NCBI GenBank assembly: GCA_010405405.1
Contig: MU004241.1
Coordinates: 496,001 to 560,000 of the forward strand
Source of the DNA: Microthyrium microscopicum
Taxonomy: Eukaryota
Reading direction: 5' to 3'
Length of the DNA stretch: 64,000 bases
Shown: in pieces, positions 11,394-24,849 of the stretch
How positions within the stretch are numbered: the first letter of the stretch is position 1
Layout of the letters: each line of letters opens with the position of its first letter
Made by a program: the position numbers and the translations under genes
Notes under the pieces: model-generated
Seen by the model: the letters and a program-made list of their open reading frames with translations, nothing else
Database searches by the model: none
What the model was told of the DNA's origin: nothing

Positions 11394-12084
11394 TAGACGA
11401 GTGTCAGTAATGAGTTGTGGTTGAGAGAGGTGGAGGAGAGATCATGACAATTTTTCTTTCTTTGTCTATATCTAATGAGCATGTTTTGAAGCGATTGTTT
11501 GGGCTCGGGTGTATGAATTACTAGCACTTGAGGCTTATGGGCATCGACTTTGCGTGGAGTATTCGATTGATTGTAGAATCAATGTATTTGATAAATATAA
11601 TTTTAGCGATGTACTTCATATGGTTCTTTATCAAAACATCACAATCATCATCTCTTGCAAGAACATTGCCTTTCCTTGGTACTTTCACGCTTCATCGATG
11701 GTAATGCGGTATGTTAACAACGGGGCAAAGAAACACCGACGATATCATGCGTGCCTGGGACTATGAAGACTTCTGTAATAGACCTTTCGATCTTTTTCGC
11801 CCCAACAGACTTTGAACCAAAGGTTACAGAGAAGAATCGAGGCTTCTAGATACTATGCGTGGCGGTTTGGCCCCCAACTAAATCTGTTATGAGGAGCAGC
11901 TGTGATCACGTTCAGGTGATGTTCTGATCACGAACTCTCAATTACTCTGACTCCTTTTGCACAGCAGGTTCTGGTAGATTGTGAGCTGTCAATTGTTTTA
12001 CTAAAGACATAAATGAAAATGAGACCAGCTTTCAATTTGAGGTTACAAACCTCCCACACAAACAGCGTCTTACACTCTCACGAT

Positions 12085-13130
12085 TTACCTCTCATCATCG
12101 TAAAAGACAAGAGCCCTAACTTCAATACTTTCTCTTGCATCTTTATGTTCCTCGCCAGGATTGGTAAACGCAGTGTGTGGCACACGTCTCGCCCGACCAT
12201 CTGTCTTTGTATCAAAACACTTGATGAGCGTGACTTCGTCTGGTCGCTGTGCATACTTGAAGTACCAGCGGTGCTCTGGGTTGGGTTTGACAGCGAAAGT
12301 CTCGCCTTTACGGGTCGGATAGATCAATGCTGCTCCAACGAGATCACTTTCAGGCACGCTGTGGGCATCGGCGACACCAAGTGGATCTTTGTATATCGTC
12401 TTGATCGGGCGCCAGACCTAAGGTACAGTTATTTATAGGTATAGCGTTTGCTATTTACTACACTCACGTTGATGATTTGGAATCGCTTCTTGAGTAGCTC
12501 ATCTGCCTCGTCGGGGAGATGATGCGGCACTCGAGACTCCGAAGCAGTGTAAGATTGGTCTATGTGTACGCGACGAACTGGACCGCGTAGGGCATTGGCT
12601 GGAGCATCTTTTTGTGGACGACGGATCGTGTGGTCGAAGATGAAGATTCGGACTGCTCCGGTGCTGTCAAGAGGTCAGTTGCTAGCTTTTATTTCTGTGA
12701 AATCGTATTTCCTACGCGTCCTTGAGTAGCTGCTCAGTCTCTGGATAATACTCCGCCTTGATCTTCTCATCATCGAGGAAGTCGATCTCCTTGCTTTGGT
12801 GGTTGTAGATCTGGAAACCATGGCTATCGAGAGTGTATTTTTCTTCCTCGCCTGTAATGTCGTGAACTATGCTATTTTGAGTAGCGAATGGGCGCTCAGG
12901 ATTTGTCTTTCTATTGGAAAAACTATCAGAAGAAACGATCTTCATGCAATAGGTGTTACCCCTTACCCGACATATGTAGGTGTTGGTGGACTGCCATCTT
13001 CATTCTCCTTGTAGTAATACAGCTCGGTTGAAACATCGTGCTTCTTGACTCTGGTACTTTCTTGGATCACAGGCTCGACATATTGCCCAACAGAATTTCC
13101 TGGAGCATGTTGTACTGCCGCGGTAGCCAT
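12085..13130 (-). CDS. CmcJ/AsaB-like oxidoreductase (often annotated as methyltransferase)
   Basis: TLDSHGFQ, YYPETEQLLK, IFDHTIRR, VHIDQS, QIINVWRPI, HRWYFKYAQRPDEVTLIKCFD and PHTAF..RESIEVRALVF motifs across four exons. Confidence 0.85.
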
Positions 13131-13592
13131 GGCGAATACGGGTCTAGTTTGATTGCGTCGATGTGATTGTTATAAGTAGGAGCTAAGGTTCTATAAGATG
13201 GACGTTCAAGTACACTATGCTTCCAAGCTCGTATTCATAGTTATATACTAAGAATCTTCGGATTACAAAGCTTGTTGATTTGTCAAATTCACTGGTTACA
13301 AGCACGCAATGCCGAGGGGAAAGCATGTAACACGATATAGCGAGGGTGATCTTTTCTAATCAACGACAATTCCGGGGACGAGCCCCGCTTGCATCATACA
13401 AGTCAGAATGCGGGATTCGATGAAGGTTGGAGAATGCTTTGTGGCACTGAAGCATGTCAAAGGCAAATGCGGTCTGATATGGTATTATCTCTAGCGTAGG
13501 CATAACTCGTGTTATCTCTGGATATACAGCTCTATACAAAGGAACGAACAGTGATCTAATTCATTCATCAAGCTCGTTCATTATCATGATAT

Positions 13593-15417
13593 TCATGACT
13601 CTGTCGTTGAGACTCTTTCTGATCCAATTGGCACTTTTGCTAGTTTTGTAATTGAAGTGCCGTCGTCAAGAATCTCTACGAATTCCTCCAGAGTGTACGA
13701 TTTCCACCTCGGTAGGAGAATGGTCCAAATATACCAATACAAAACACCGGCCAACATACTTCTCCAAGTTAGCATTGGCCCAGACACGCTCAGCATTTAC
13801 CTACATGCTAGTTCCCACAAAAGAGTAACTGACAGCCCCGAGATGTTCTCGCCAGTTGAGCCCATCTCGCGGTACAAAAGGTGCAGTGATAAGTGCCAAA
13901 GATAAGACAATACGTGCCCAAACTGCGGGTAAAAATGCTTTATAAGGTCTGTGTAGATCGGGTCGCTTGAACCGTAGCCATATCAAGCCAATGGCACCAG
14001 CAAGTGCGAAGAATTGACCCGGAAATCCTTCGACATCCAATATAAAAGAGTAGATGTTCCCAGTGGGAATGGTGATTACAAGAAGGGACGGGATATAGTG
14101 GGTAACAAGAGCACCCATGGGTGCATTGAAAGGTCTCGAAGAAGAAATGAAATGAGGTAAAGGTAAAACCCCCTGACGGGCGATTTCTTGGATGACGCGA
14201 GCCTTTGAAGAATAAGCATTCTCTCAAACGATCTTAGTGGTGACTTACGTGGCTGAAAGTTACAACCATGACATTGCCAACAGCACTTGTTGCTACACAC
14301 AGAGGAAGCAGAACTCTTCCGATGTTCGTACCAAAGATGCGCTCAAAGAACAACGCTGCAATGAGCTCTCCTGAGTTCTTGATGTCCTCGATCGGAACGA
14401 CCAGGAAATACGCAATGTTAACTAAAAGATACAGTATGCAAGCTGTGAGCAGCGCAGTAGAAGCTGCAGATTTCAGTGTTTTGACTGGGTTTTTGACCTC
14501 ATTGAGCACATTGTTGACGTTTTGAAGGCCTGCGTAGGAGTAGAACACCTTGAAAAGTGCGGTAGATGTAACTCCCCAGTTCCAGACGGAGCCTTCGAAT
14601 AGATAATCAACACTCAGCTTCCTGGATATCGTACTGAGGGACCTATCGTTGGATATCTCGTTAGAGCGTAGAAATACAACAAATAGGCTGGTCAGGACCA
14701 TGAAGATGACCAGTGCAATTTTCACCCAGCCAAGTACGTTTTGAATGAAAATACCTGCCTTGAGGAAGCAACTGTGGATAATAATGATACTGGTGAGCAA
14801 TCCGACCGCCAGGACTTTTTGTTCCCAAGGAGAAGGCTCGCGATCAAGCGCGAAGAGAACATATTCGCCAAATACGATGCAGTTTGAAGCAGTGAATCCA
14901 AGGAATATCGACTGGACCGCTATGAGTACAGAAGCGAGGAAGCGCGGATGACGGTATGTGAATTCCAAATAGACTTTGTCACCTTCCAAGAAGTCAGCTT
15001 TGTGCCAAAGCAGAATTGAGATCATTTACCGCCGGATCTAGGCAACATGCAACCATACTCCAGGCTAATGGCGAGCCCAAACCAGGACACGAGTGCTCCA
15101 ACTACCCACAAGATTAAAGTGATGCCGATGCTGCCCACTGAGCGCACGATAGCGCCTGGCGTTGCGAATATTCCGCTTCCAATGACTCGGGAGATGATTA
15201 GAATGTACGCGCTGCTCCATCCCAAAGTGCGACCTAAGACAGCTGTTTCTGGTATTACATCATTCTCGACCGATCGATCGAATGCGACAGCAATATTCTC
15301 TACCGTCTCTTCGTCATTCAAAGAGAGAACTGATTTTGCTATGCTGCTATAGCCACTGCTCGAAGTTGGTGAAGACGCCCATTCCAGCAACGGCTGTTGG
15401 TCAGGGGTTAATGACAT
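13593..15417 (-). CDS. APC/LAT-family amino-acid permease, methionine permease (Mup1/Mup3-like)
   Basis: IGSGIFATPG, EYGCMLPRSGGDKVYLE, YSYAGLQNVNNVLNEVKNP and RPDLHRPYK; multiple TMs; several introns. Confidence 0.88.
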
Positions 15418-16821
15418 TGCGACGCTGTCGGCTTGAGGTACGGCTTGTAGCTCGATGGCGTTGAGATGCTCGCTCGTCCGAGAACTTGATAAAAGAAATC
15501 AGACGAAATCAGGGACAAAAGATGATGCGCTCAAGCACCTCGTATGGGAAGCCATCACGCCGTCCCTTCGAGTCCAAGACTCAGGAGTATGTCGCAGCCA
15601 ACCTGGCAGGTGAGGCAATATGAAACAAGTAATCGAACAAAGGCTGATGCCGGGAAATACATTACTAATGCTGTTCCATTAAGAAAGGATCTGCTTGAGT
15701 GTAGGCATTTGTCGAGTTTGTGTGAAACGTTGAGCTTGCTTGCTTATCGCACCTCATCTTGCGGACTTTAGACGTAGGATTGCGTGCGATCATTGGAGCT
15801 CGTTACTCTACAAACCCAGCCAATAATTTGTGAAATGCCGTAGAATCCGCCAGATCACCAATTATCTTAGAAACAAGTTATGCAACTCTCTTCGCTTTCG
15901 TAGAACAAAATTGAATTCGTCAGAAAATTGAATATGGTTCAGATCCTGTTTTGTTTAAGCTGGAGATCGACAATTACAAGTACAAGTAAGCTCACAAGGC
16001 TCTGTTTATCTTCTACAGACATTGGCCCAAGTAGGTTTTTTTCAACGAAGGTTCCTATGATAATTCAAATTTGTGTCCATCGAAGAAGTGCTCATCATCT
16101 CTGAAAGCCAGAAGTGCCCAATTGCCAAAACTAGGTACCTAAGTACCTACCTACTTAGGTATGCACAGCGGCATAGAGACTGACCTCTACACAGTCATAC
16201 TCATATCCTGTCTCCTTGAATCATCGTCTATTCAAGTCTAGCTATCTTCTAGCGGTGTCTTTTCAAGGCATGGCCTGTTGGAAGGACGCTCTGGCCGGAG
16301 TGATTACCTGTTTGTTGACATTTCAGGGGCTATCAAATCAGTCCACCCACCCACGTAGCAACTTCTTGGGAAGGAATCAACCAGTTGTCGTCAGTATCGA
16401 AGGTCCGATTATTAAAGTAGCGAAATTCTCAACATTTATAGCAAAAGAAAGTCCTTGTAGCACTCTGTAACGTATTGTCATCAGGGCGTGTTGACATCAA
16501 TTTCGATGTTGTGAGCTAGGGTAGCTCCAACAACTACGATTAACCTCATCAATGGTGATCTGGAATCCAAATTTCTATTTGCGAAAGAGCGCCTTAGAAA
16601 AGATCCAGGGGATCAAAGGAAGTGACATTGACCTCAATATTACAAGAGCTACGAAGAGATGGTCACACGAGCATCAGCTCCAGCATTCCGACACGACACT
16701 TTGGACGCGTATGTGCGCACTTCATTTTCCAATCTTTCGCGGAGTCTGTGGAGTTTAATGGTATCGAAGCTTTTTCTTAAGCCTCTGTTTGTGACTTGTC
16801 TTGTTCTACAGCATATTCACT

Positions 16822-18324
16822 ATGACGCCTTCATCAGAAGAGCAGCATTTGCTCACTGAAGAATACCTCCAACTGGACGAAGAAAGCAGAGTACCTGATA
16901 ACGTTCTTCGATTATACCACAACGAAAAGCCAAATCAAGAGTCCTACGCAGGAGCACTTCTTCGACTATCATCCAAATGTCCCAATATTCACTGGACACT
17001 TCGCGCCATCGGACTCACACTTCTCCCAACATTCCTACACCCTACCTCAAAGGATGAAGAGGTCAAGCCGCTGCGAAGAACTGCTTGTTTAGACGGACTG
17101 AGAGGCGTAGCAGCTTTTTTTGTTCTCAACTTTCATTTCTATGGAGCCTTCTTGAATGCGAACGGAGGCTACGTCGTGGGCGACCCTAGCCTTGCAAGAT
17201 TTTGGAATCTGCCAATCGTCAAAGTCGTATCAAATGGCACAGCAATGGTCCACATATTCTTTGTCATATCAGGCTATATCTTGAGTCTACGTAGTCTGCA
17301 ACAGATACGTAAACGCAACCTTGAAGGCGTTCTCGTAACACTTTCCTCAAGCACACTACGCCGTGGAATCCGACTTTTTGGCCCAACTACTCTGGCTTTG
17401 TCTATAGAAGCCTTTGCTTTATGGATGGGGCTTTTCGAGTTCTCCCGACCGAACATGGATCTCATACCGTGGGAGCAATCTCATTTTCCCCCGAGACTTG
17501 AATCTGCTGGAGAGCACTTGAGCCTTCTTCGAAGAGTAGTATGGGCACTGTCAAACTTCTTCGACTGGAATCCATATTATCCAATTGAGCTCGACGGCAA
17601 TCTTTGGACCATCGGCATTGAATACCGCTGCAGCGTGGCACTCTTCGTCACCTTGCTTGCGTTTGCACGAATCCACAATCCACGTATGCGAAGACCGATA
17701 CTCGCGTTTCTGACCGCAATGTGTATCAGCTACCAACGCTGGGATTTCGTACTATTTCTAGCTGGAATGATGCTAGCGGACTTTGATACTTGGGCGGACG
17801 ACCAGGATATCAAGACTACAACCAGCCATAAGATGTTTTGGGGAATAGTAACGCTCATTGGCCTCTTCTTCGCCTCGTCACCATTCGGGTATGCGGAGAG
17901 AGCTTGGGGATTCGGGGCCATCACACAGTTCGGTGCCAAGGTTTACTATTTAGAGCCTTATCACTTTGCAGAGTCGATTGGAGCCATCATACTCGTGCTG
18001 GCTGCCATGCATGCGTACCATTTGAACTGGGTACTCACCACTTCTGTTGTCCAATATCTTGGTCGCATCAGCTATCAGCTCTACATCGTTCATGGACCAC
18101 TGATACGCGCTTGGGGGTTCACTATTGTTCCATTATTTTGGCGTGCGCTCAGCGATTCGACTCCTCAGCGTGGAGAAACACCTTACGTAGTGGGAGTGGT
18201 GCTTGGTTATTTGGCATACTTGCCTGTTGCGATATGTCTCGCCGATATCTACATGCGACTGCTTGACGATAACTGCGTTAGGCTGGCAAGATGGCTGGAG
18301 AAGAAGCTGACCACCGAGAGTTGA
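16822..18324 (+). CDS. Acyltransferase-3 family membrane protein
   Basis: TACLDGLRGVAAFFV, VHIFFVISGYILS, RRGIRLF, LWTIGIEYRCS and YLGRISYQLYIVHG motifs. Confidence 0.9.
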   Translation: MTPSSEEQHLLTEEYLQLDEESRVPDNVLRLYHNEKPNQESYAGALLRLSSKCPNIHWTLRAIGLTLLPTFLHPTSKDEEVKPLRRTACLDGLRGVAAFFVLNFHFYGAFLNANGGYVVGDPSLARFWNLPIVKVVSNGTAMVHIFFVISGYILSLRSLQQIRKRNLEGVLVTLSSSTLRRGIRLFGPTTLALSIEAFALWMGLFEFSRPNMDLIPWEQSHFPPRLESAGEHLSLLRRVVWALSNFFDWNPYYPIELDGNLWTIGIEYRCSVALFVTLLAFARIHNPRMRRPILAFLTAMCISYQRWDFVLFLAGMMLADFDTWADDQDIKTTTSHKMFWGIVTLIGLFFASSPFGYAERAWGFGAITQFGAKVYYLEPYHFAESIGAIILVLAAMHAYHLNWVLTTSVVQYLGRISYQLYIVHGPLIRAWGFTIVPLFWRALSDSTPQRGETPYVVGVVLGYLAYLPVAICLADIYMRLLDDNCVRLARWLEKKLTTES

Positions 18325-18498
18325 ACGATTTGTGTATGGTTCTTCATGTTGAAGAAGCGACTTAGTGCTATCAATTAGAAAATCAAGACCAGAAGCAAGC
18401 GTCGGAGATTGTAACACTAATCCTATGACGAATGTCGAAGCTGATGACAACAGTAAGAGGCCTCATAGCTTAACGAAGAGTGAAGTTGGTTGTAGTGT

Positions 18499-18786
18499 TC
18501 ATGATGAGTACATTGCAAGGACTTTGAGCTTAGGGTTTATCTCGCGTAGCTCATCAGCCAATTTGTCGAGTTCAGGTTGGGTTAATGAGGAAATGGATAT
18601 GCCACTCGCTTGAGCTTTGGCAAAAGATAGTGCCATAGTGATTCCTTGGCCAGCTCCAGTGATGACAGCAACGAAGCCCGGTGGTAGCTGATTGTTTGAT
18701 GGGTCAGTCCTTCTCTCCGTCCTACGGTGAAGTGTAGGAGTTAGTGACAGCCCATAACGGTCAGGCATTCCAAGATTTTCTGCCAT
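18499..18786 (-). pseudogene. Truncated short-chain dehydrogenase/reductase fragment
   Basis: VAVITGAGQGI Rossmann start lacking the final G, then ALSFAKAQAS; stop after 95 aa, no YxxxK region found, and only about 170 bp remain before the acyltransferase stop. Confidence 0.6.
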
Positions 18787-19670
18787 TGTGTTAACAGAAG
18801 TGAAGACAAGGAGTAGAAGTAACGTTGATTGGAACTCTAACAGAAATCACATAGGAAATCAGACTCTTTATACTTGTCAATCGAATCACCGAGATAACCA
18901 AAGCATATCATACCCTGAGATTTTCGCTAGTGAGCTTTCCAACTGCATTGAAACTTACCAGTTCTATGTCTCGATCCTTGTCAACGTCCTGATGTATGTC
19001 AAGTTTGCAACGATCGACAGTAAGCGAACTTGGCAGAGTCAGCAATTAGGATTTGGGATCATAAGCAATGTTAGCAACTTAGTCTTGACCAAGAACTTGG
19101 TACTTCAAATTTTGCGTTATTTTCCCCAAAATGTCCAAGTATACTCATGGTAATGCTATTCAAAAGTTAATATCAATCCACTTGGGCTCGGATTTTAGGT
19201 TGAACTTTGAGATATGGCTCTCTAGATAAGTGGTCCAGTCCAGATTTCGAACTTTGTGTAAGGAATTCGACTTCTTTGCACCAGCTTGCTATTCCATTGT
19301 GCATTTAGACAGTGTAATTGTTACTAAGCTGAAAGTTTTAACAACGGTGCTCGACCATAAATACAGTCAGCAAGTTGCTTTATGGGTCGCTTAATTGAAG
19401 ATATAGCTTATGCCAGGTTGAGCCAAGTACTTCGATTTATGTAACTACATTGCCCTTGTAACCCAACAGGTACTACCTGATACAACCTCGGAATCTATGC
19501 TCTGTTCAGCTGAGTCAGTCGAGAAGAGATTGAAGCTCTTCTTGTTCAATGAATAAGTGTTTTTGTCAGGCAGGGAGCAAACGACAAGTTGACAACTCAT
19601 GTAGAGTCCTTGATCCTATTTTGATCTTCTCTAACGCAATCTAGAATGATTCTGACTTTCAATATCGAAG

Positions 19671-21177
19671 CTAAAATACTGCCGAGCTGAACCCAGCTTT
19701 ATACCATCTAGCCCAGATAAAAGCTAGGAAGCTGACCACATAACATAAGCCAGTAAACAAAGCCATCCCCCAATATCTCCCACCGGCTGCCTCCAAAAGC
19801 GCACCCGCAATTGGGATTCCTGTCAGAGAGCCCAATGCAACTACCGTATAACATGTTGCATAGTAGCGTCCATATTCCTCTGTCTCACATAACTGTCCAA
19901 TACACACTGGCGTTAGGCTAATGTTACTTCCAGACGCAAAGCCAAATAGAGCCGCATATGCTACTGCCAACGGTTTGACGGCCGCTGAACTTGAAGGCAG
20001 AATTGCGTCGGGCAGCCATAGTCCTAGTGTTGTGGCCATGCAGAGCGATAACATGATTATCATGGAGTTGAAGCGGCCTAGTTTGTCGGCCATTATACCA
20101 GGAAGGCAGCGGCCGAATGTACTCCCGGCGTTGAGTGCGGCGATCAGTGTGAATGGGAAGCTGGAGCTGGCGGATGTGGTGCCTGTTGCGATGATGAAAG
20201 AAGAGATGTATGTAATTGGGATGAAGAGGCCCCATTCATGCATGAATACCCCAAGGGTCGCGAGGGCAAAGGCGGGCTTCCGGTAGATCATCAAGTCTGG
20301 CATGATGGACTGCCCAGGTCTTGGTGGTAGGCGGGAGCTGACAAGAACAACGGCGATGGCGGTGAGGACGGCAAAGATAAGTGCTAGCACACGAGTTGCC
20401 CACGCAAAGCCAAGCATTGGAAATAGCTTTTGCAGCATGAGTGGAAAGATTACACCGCCGACTGAACCGCCTGTGGCTGCTATACCGGTGGCAGCTCCAC
20501 GTTTGGCATGGAAGTAGTGGCCAACTGCTGCGACTGATGGCGTAAAAATGAGAGAGCTGCCAGCGCCAGCTATGATGCCAATAATGAGCATAAATTGCCA
20601 GTATGTAGAAGCGATACCGATGAGCAGCATTGCAGTGACCAGACAGATGCTTCCAGAGAGTAGAAGGAGCCGGGGACCTTTGGCATCGAAAACGGGGCCA
20701 ATTATAAGACCACCACCGAAAGCGATGAAGATGTACATGCTGAAAATCCATCCGATTGTGGAATCACTGTAGGTGGACAGTTGATTTCGACTAATGTATT
20801 CTTGAAAAACGCCGACTGACTTGTATTAGATTTCAATCCATATCCAGACCAGATCAGGAATCAAATTGTACGGTTTTCGCAAACTTACTTGTATTCATGA
20901 ATCCAAAAGAAGCCAGCATTCCACTGAACGAACCTAATACAACTAGCCATGCTCGAAGTCCGCCTTCAGGGTAAATTGCCGCATCATTGGGAGAACCAGA
21001 AAAGGTTGGTAAAGAATGATCTTCATTGCTCTCCGAGTCCTTCTCCTTCACTACACTTGGCTCCATATCAACCTCATCAGAAGATTCTATCACATCTTTG
21101 CCAATCAGTTTAGTTTCTTTTGGAGAAGATCTAGCAGCATCTACCTCTGGTACATGCTGCTTGATACCAACCCCCAT
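19671..21177 (-). CDS. MFS monocarboxylate-porter (MCH-like) transporter
   Basis: YPEGGLRAWLVVLGSF, GPVFDAKGPR, HYFHAKRGAATGIAATGGSVGG and GRCLPGIMADKLGRFN; one intron near 20888-20817; start codon uncertain. Confidence 0.9.
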
Positions 21178-21703
21178 TGAAAATAGCAAGAAGTAAAGAC
21201 CAAACACAACGACCAATAAAAGAGTGCCAACTCCAACAGGTAAAAAGGAAAGAATACCGGTTATTGGCGGAGTCATAAAAAAATTCCGACTTGACATAGG
21301 GCGGAGAAAGCGGCATGGTCCGTTAGTTTGCGGTGTCGGATGCAATGCAGAGAGGAAAAGATTTGTAAAAGAATCCTGTTGCTATCGATATCCAAGTCAT
21401 GAGTTTAGAAAAGTGGCAACAAGCACTAAAAGTTGATCAAACTGACTAGTGCGGCTCATGGAAGTCTCTTCCTTCTGGAATAAAATCTAATGCCGTTACA
21501 TCCAACCACAATATGGTGGATTCACCATGCGACCTCATGGGAGGCAAGACTTGATAACAGGCTACAACCGTTTATTTAGTAGCGGTGACTACTGGTCAAA
21601 AATAGTGTTGTTTACTGCCTAAGATTGCTATCATCTCCAACCATTACCTGATATTCAGAGCCCATTGTTGCTACCATATCCAAACCTCTATTCCCACCGT
21701 CAT

Positions 21704-23552
21704 TTACGCTTTATACAGGACATCCAAGAACGATCTCGCCAACTCCTCAACCACCGTCTTCGTAGGTAACGACCCAGCAACTCCATATAAAGCAGAAGCA
21801 TCGCCCTTAGCAATACCCTTCTTCGACTTGCCTTCTGCAACCGCCTTGCGTTCCTTCTCATTAACATCCTCGACCACCGTCTTCAAGTCCTCGATCAATT
21901 GCTTCCGTGCACTGACTATGGGTAGTGTTACTGCAACGTGAATTGCTGGTGGACTTTGTAGAGCATTTAGATGCCATCCTTTGCCAGACATGCCGTCTGC
22001 TACGGCATAAATGTCGATGGTGTTTGAGGTGAATGCAACTACTGATAGGAGAGGCCGCCCTATGATTCGTAGATCTACGTTGAGTTCGGGTTCTTCGCGA
22101 ATTGCGGTTTCTATGTCTTTGGCTGCACCGACGATTTTGTGACAGGCTGTGATGTAGCCATTCTCTCCGGTAGCCATCATGCTTGCCCAGCATCCTGCAA
22201 TCAGAGCACCAGGTCTTGATCCCGCTATTGAAGGTGAAGCATAGACTCCGCCCGGCCAATTGGGCGTTATAAAATATTGATAGCTGCGAAGCTTCTCGTC
22301 ACGGTAGAGGACTGTAGAGCTTCCTTTAGGCGCGAAGCCATATTTGTGTGTATCGCAGCTGATACTGGTAACTCCAGGTACTCGAAAGTCAAACGGCTCT
22401 GTAGCGTATCCAGCCTTTTCCAAAAATGGTATTATAAACGAGCCAAGGCAACAATCCACATGGAGTGGTATGCGACGTTTGAGGGCTAGTCTTGATAGAG
22501 CTGTAATATCGTCGATAATGCCATGTGGATAATTTGGCGCCGAGCCTACCAAGAGAACTGTGTTTGAGTTGATGAGACGAGAAATTGATGGAATATGGAC
22601 CTTATATGAGGGCGATTTGCAGGCCACCAGGTGGACTTTGATTTTGAAGTACTCTCCAGCTTTCAGAAATGCTGCATGAGCGGTATCAGGAATAATCCTA
22701 CCAATTGTTAGATCTTCTCGACAATTTGGAAATCAGCTTACATCTCAGGCTCAGTAACTCCCCGTTCCTGATATGCTTTATTTCTTGCGCTCAAACAAGC
22801 CATCAGAATCGATTCCGTGCCACCACTCGTCGTCACACCCGCCCCATCCTCCGGCGCATTAAAAAGTGACAAAACCTACACCCATCAGCAATCATCCCCT
22901 ATTCTCCACGCGATTCAACATACCATAGCCACAACCTCCGCCTCCATCTTCCTCACCCCCGGAAACACATCCGGATGAATCGGATTCGCCACCGTAAATA
23001 GTCCAAACGCCTCCGTCTGCAGCGCACAAAGCTCCTTACCACCATGATACACCGCCCCACTCACGCGTCCATCTTCCCATCTCGTATGCTTCATGTCCGC
23101 CAGTGCCGCCAACTCCGACCTGACCTTGTCGTTTGCCCAGCCATCCGCAGGTAGCCGAAGATGCCGTTCGACACCAGGGCCACTGGGGACAAGTTTCTTT
23201 TCAAGCCCGATTTTGGCTTCTGCGATTTGGAGTTGTACTTGTTCGCGGACACCGGGTGCGTGGAGGAGGATGTTGTAGAGGGTGCGGTAGGTGGAGGTGT
23301 AGATGGAGACGAGGGTGCCGATTAGACCGCGGCCGCGGAGTTGGCGGATGGCTTTGCGGGACCAGCGGAGGAGGAAGAGGAAGAATACGATGTTGCGGAT
23401 ACTAAAGAATAAAGTTAGTGAGTTGATTATAAGAGATTATTAAAGGTACTATGTACTTACACATCGATATTCAGAATTATGAGCTGCCGGCGAACGCTGC
23501 CTTTGGCGCCAACATCTCGTAGACTGACTGGCAGTCTACTTGAGCCAGGCAT
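21704..23552 (-). CDS. DPL1: Sphingosine-1-phosphate lyase
   Basis: [51 protein letters not shown] and the PLP lysine motif [10 protein letters not shown]. Confidence 0.95.
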
Positions 23553-24060
23553 GTCTGAAAATACCTAATTGAGTAGCTTGGCGGGCGAAACAATTGTCTT
23601 GGAGCTATGTTGGCGAGAATGAGAAATGTTCGAAATGTATGATGTCGATCTGAAGCTCCGGATGCCGAAAGTGACTTTTGAGGGGTTGCCATGTGACAAT
23701 AACAATCAAAGGACTGAGTTTGGGCCCACCCTCGTCAGTGGCGATCGACACCTACAAACACTATTTAGTACAATTGTAAGTCTTATAAATTAAGATGTTT
23801 GAACAAACTGTGATCTGAATCGACTTGGATATGAATACTTTTATTGCTGTACAGGTTGCCAATTTTTCCTGTCAATGTCTACTAGGTTGATTCTGGGAAT
23901 CAATTTGAAGGCTCGCTTCACGCTTCTGAGCAAGTTCAGTAGAGTAATGCGGATGGTATAGTGCATAGCTTCAAAAACCACCGTTCTATGCTCCTGATCT
24001 GTCCCAAATGCCGCTCCATGCGGTTCGCGAGAATGCTAATGCTAAAATCGATGAAATGTT

Positions 24061-24849
24061 CTATTGCTCCATCAATTCGACAGGAGGTCTAGAGGTGTGA
24101 AGAATTGGTCCCTTGACATCTTCCATCGGGCTCGGTTCTTCCACAGGACTGAGTTCGCTGTCTGAAGTATCCTCAACAGAGATGACTGGAAGCGAAGGAT
24201 GGCTGCCATGTTGATCAGGATGATAGACCAGTGTAGTGCTTCCACTTCGCATTCGCTGCTTAAGCTCTGTTTCTTCTGGAGTTCTCGGCTCAAACTCTAC
24301 TGGGTCTGGTGCTGTCGCATGTAATCGGGAGAGCGCATGGGCCAAATCCTCAGCATGAACGTCCTTGTTTGGTGGGTCTTCGTTTCGGATTTCCCAATCA
24401 TGCGGCGGCGATGGAGGAGGAGAAATGAAGAAGAGCTTGTCTACTTTGGGTAATTCTAGAAGCTTGCGCGTTTGTTCCATATCGGTTGTTGCGCCAAAGA
24501 ATATGCGTACCCTGCAATCCATGATAACTTCTCCATCAAGTGTTTGTTTGATAAACGTCGCAGAAGGAACGTCGAAGAAAGATACGATGATTCTACGAAA
24601 TAACTTTAGAGGCGCCCAAATATGTACCGGAACATGCTGGTTGATGGTTTCTCGTATGGTGATCAGATTCGCCGGTTCGAAGATGGCTGGGTCATCGAGC
24701 TCTGTGATTAAGAGGGTGTTTGTTGGAGGCGTGGGTTGGACGAGAGGCGGTACATTTGACAGATCGAGGGATAACTTGGATCTGGAAGAGGACCGGCTGC
24801 TCTTGGTAGATGGTTGGGATGAGGGTGGTGGGGTTTTTGTTCTTGCCAT
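24061..24849 (-). CDS. RCN1: Calcipressin / regulator of calcineurin (RCAN)
   Basis: FFISPPPSPP signature, N-terminal NTLLIT RRM-like region, PVISVE docking-like motif, C-terminal HTSRPPV. Confidence 0.92.
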   Translation of the reverse strand: MARTKTPPPSSQPSTKSSRSSSRSKLSLDLSNVPPLVQPTPPTNTLLITELDDPAIFEPANLITIRETINQHVPVHIWAPLKLFRRIIVSFFDVPSATFIKQTLDGEVIMDCRVRIFFGATTDMEQTRKLLELPKVDKLFFISPPPSPPHDWEIRNEDPPNKDVHAEDLAHALSRLHATAPDPVEFEPRTPEETELKQRMRSGSTTLVYHPDQHGSHPSLPVISVEDTSDSELSPVEEPSPMEDVKGPILHTSRPPVELMEQ

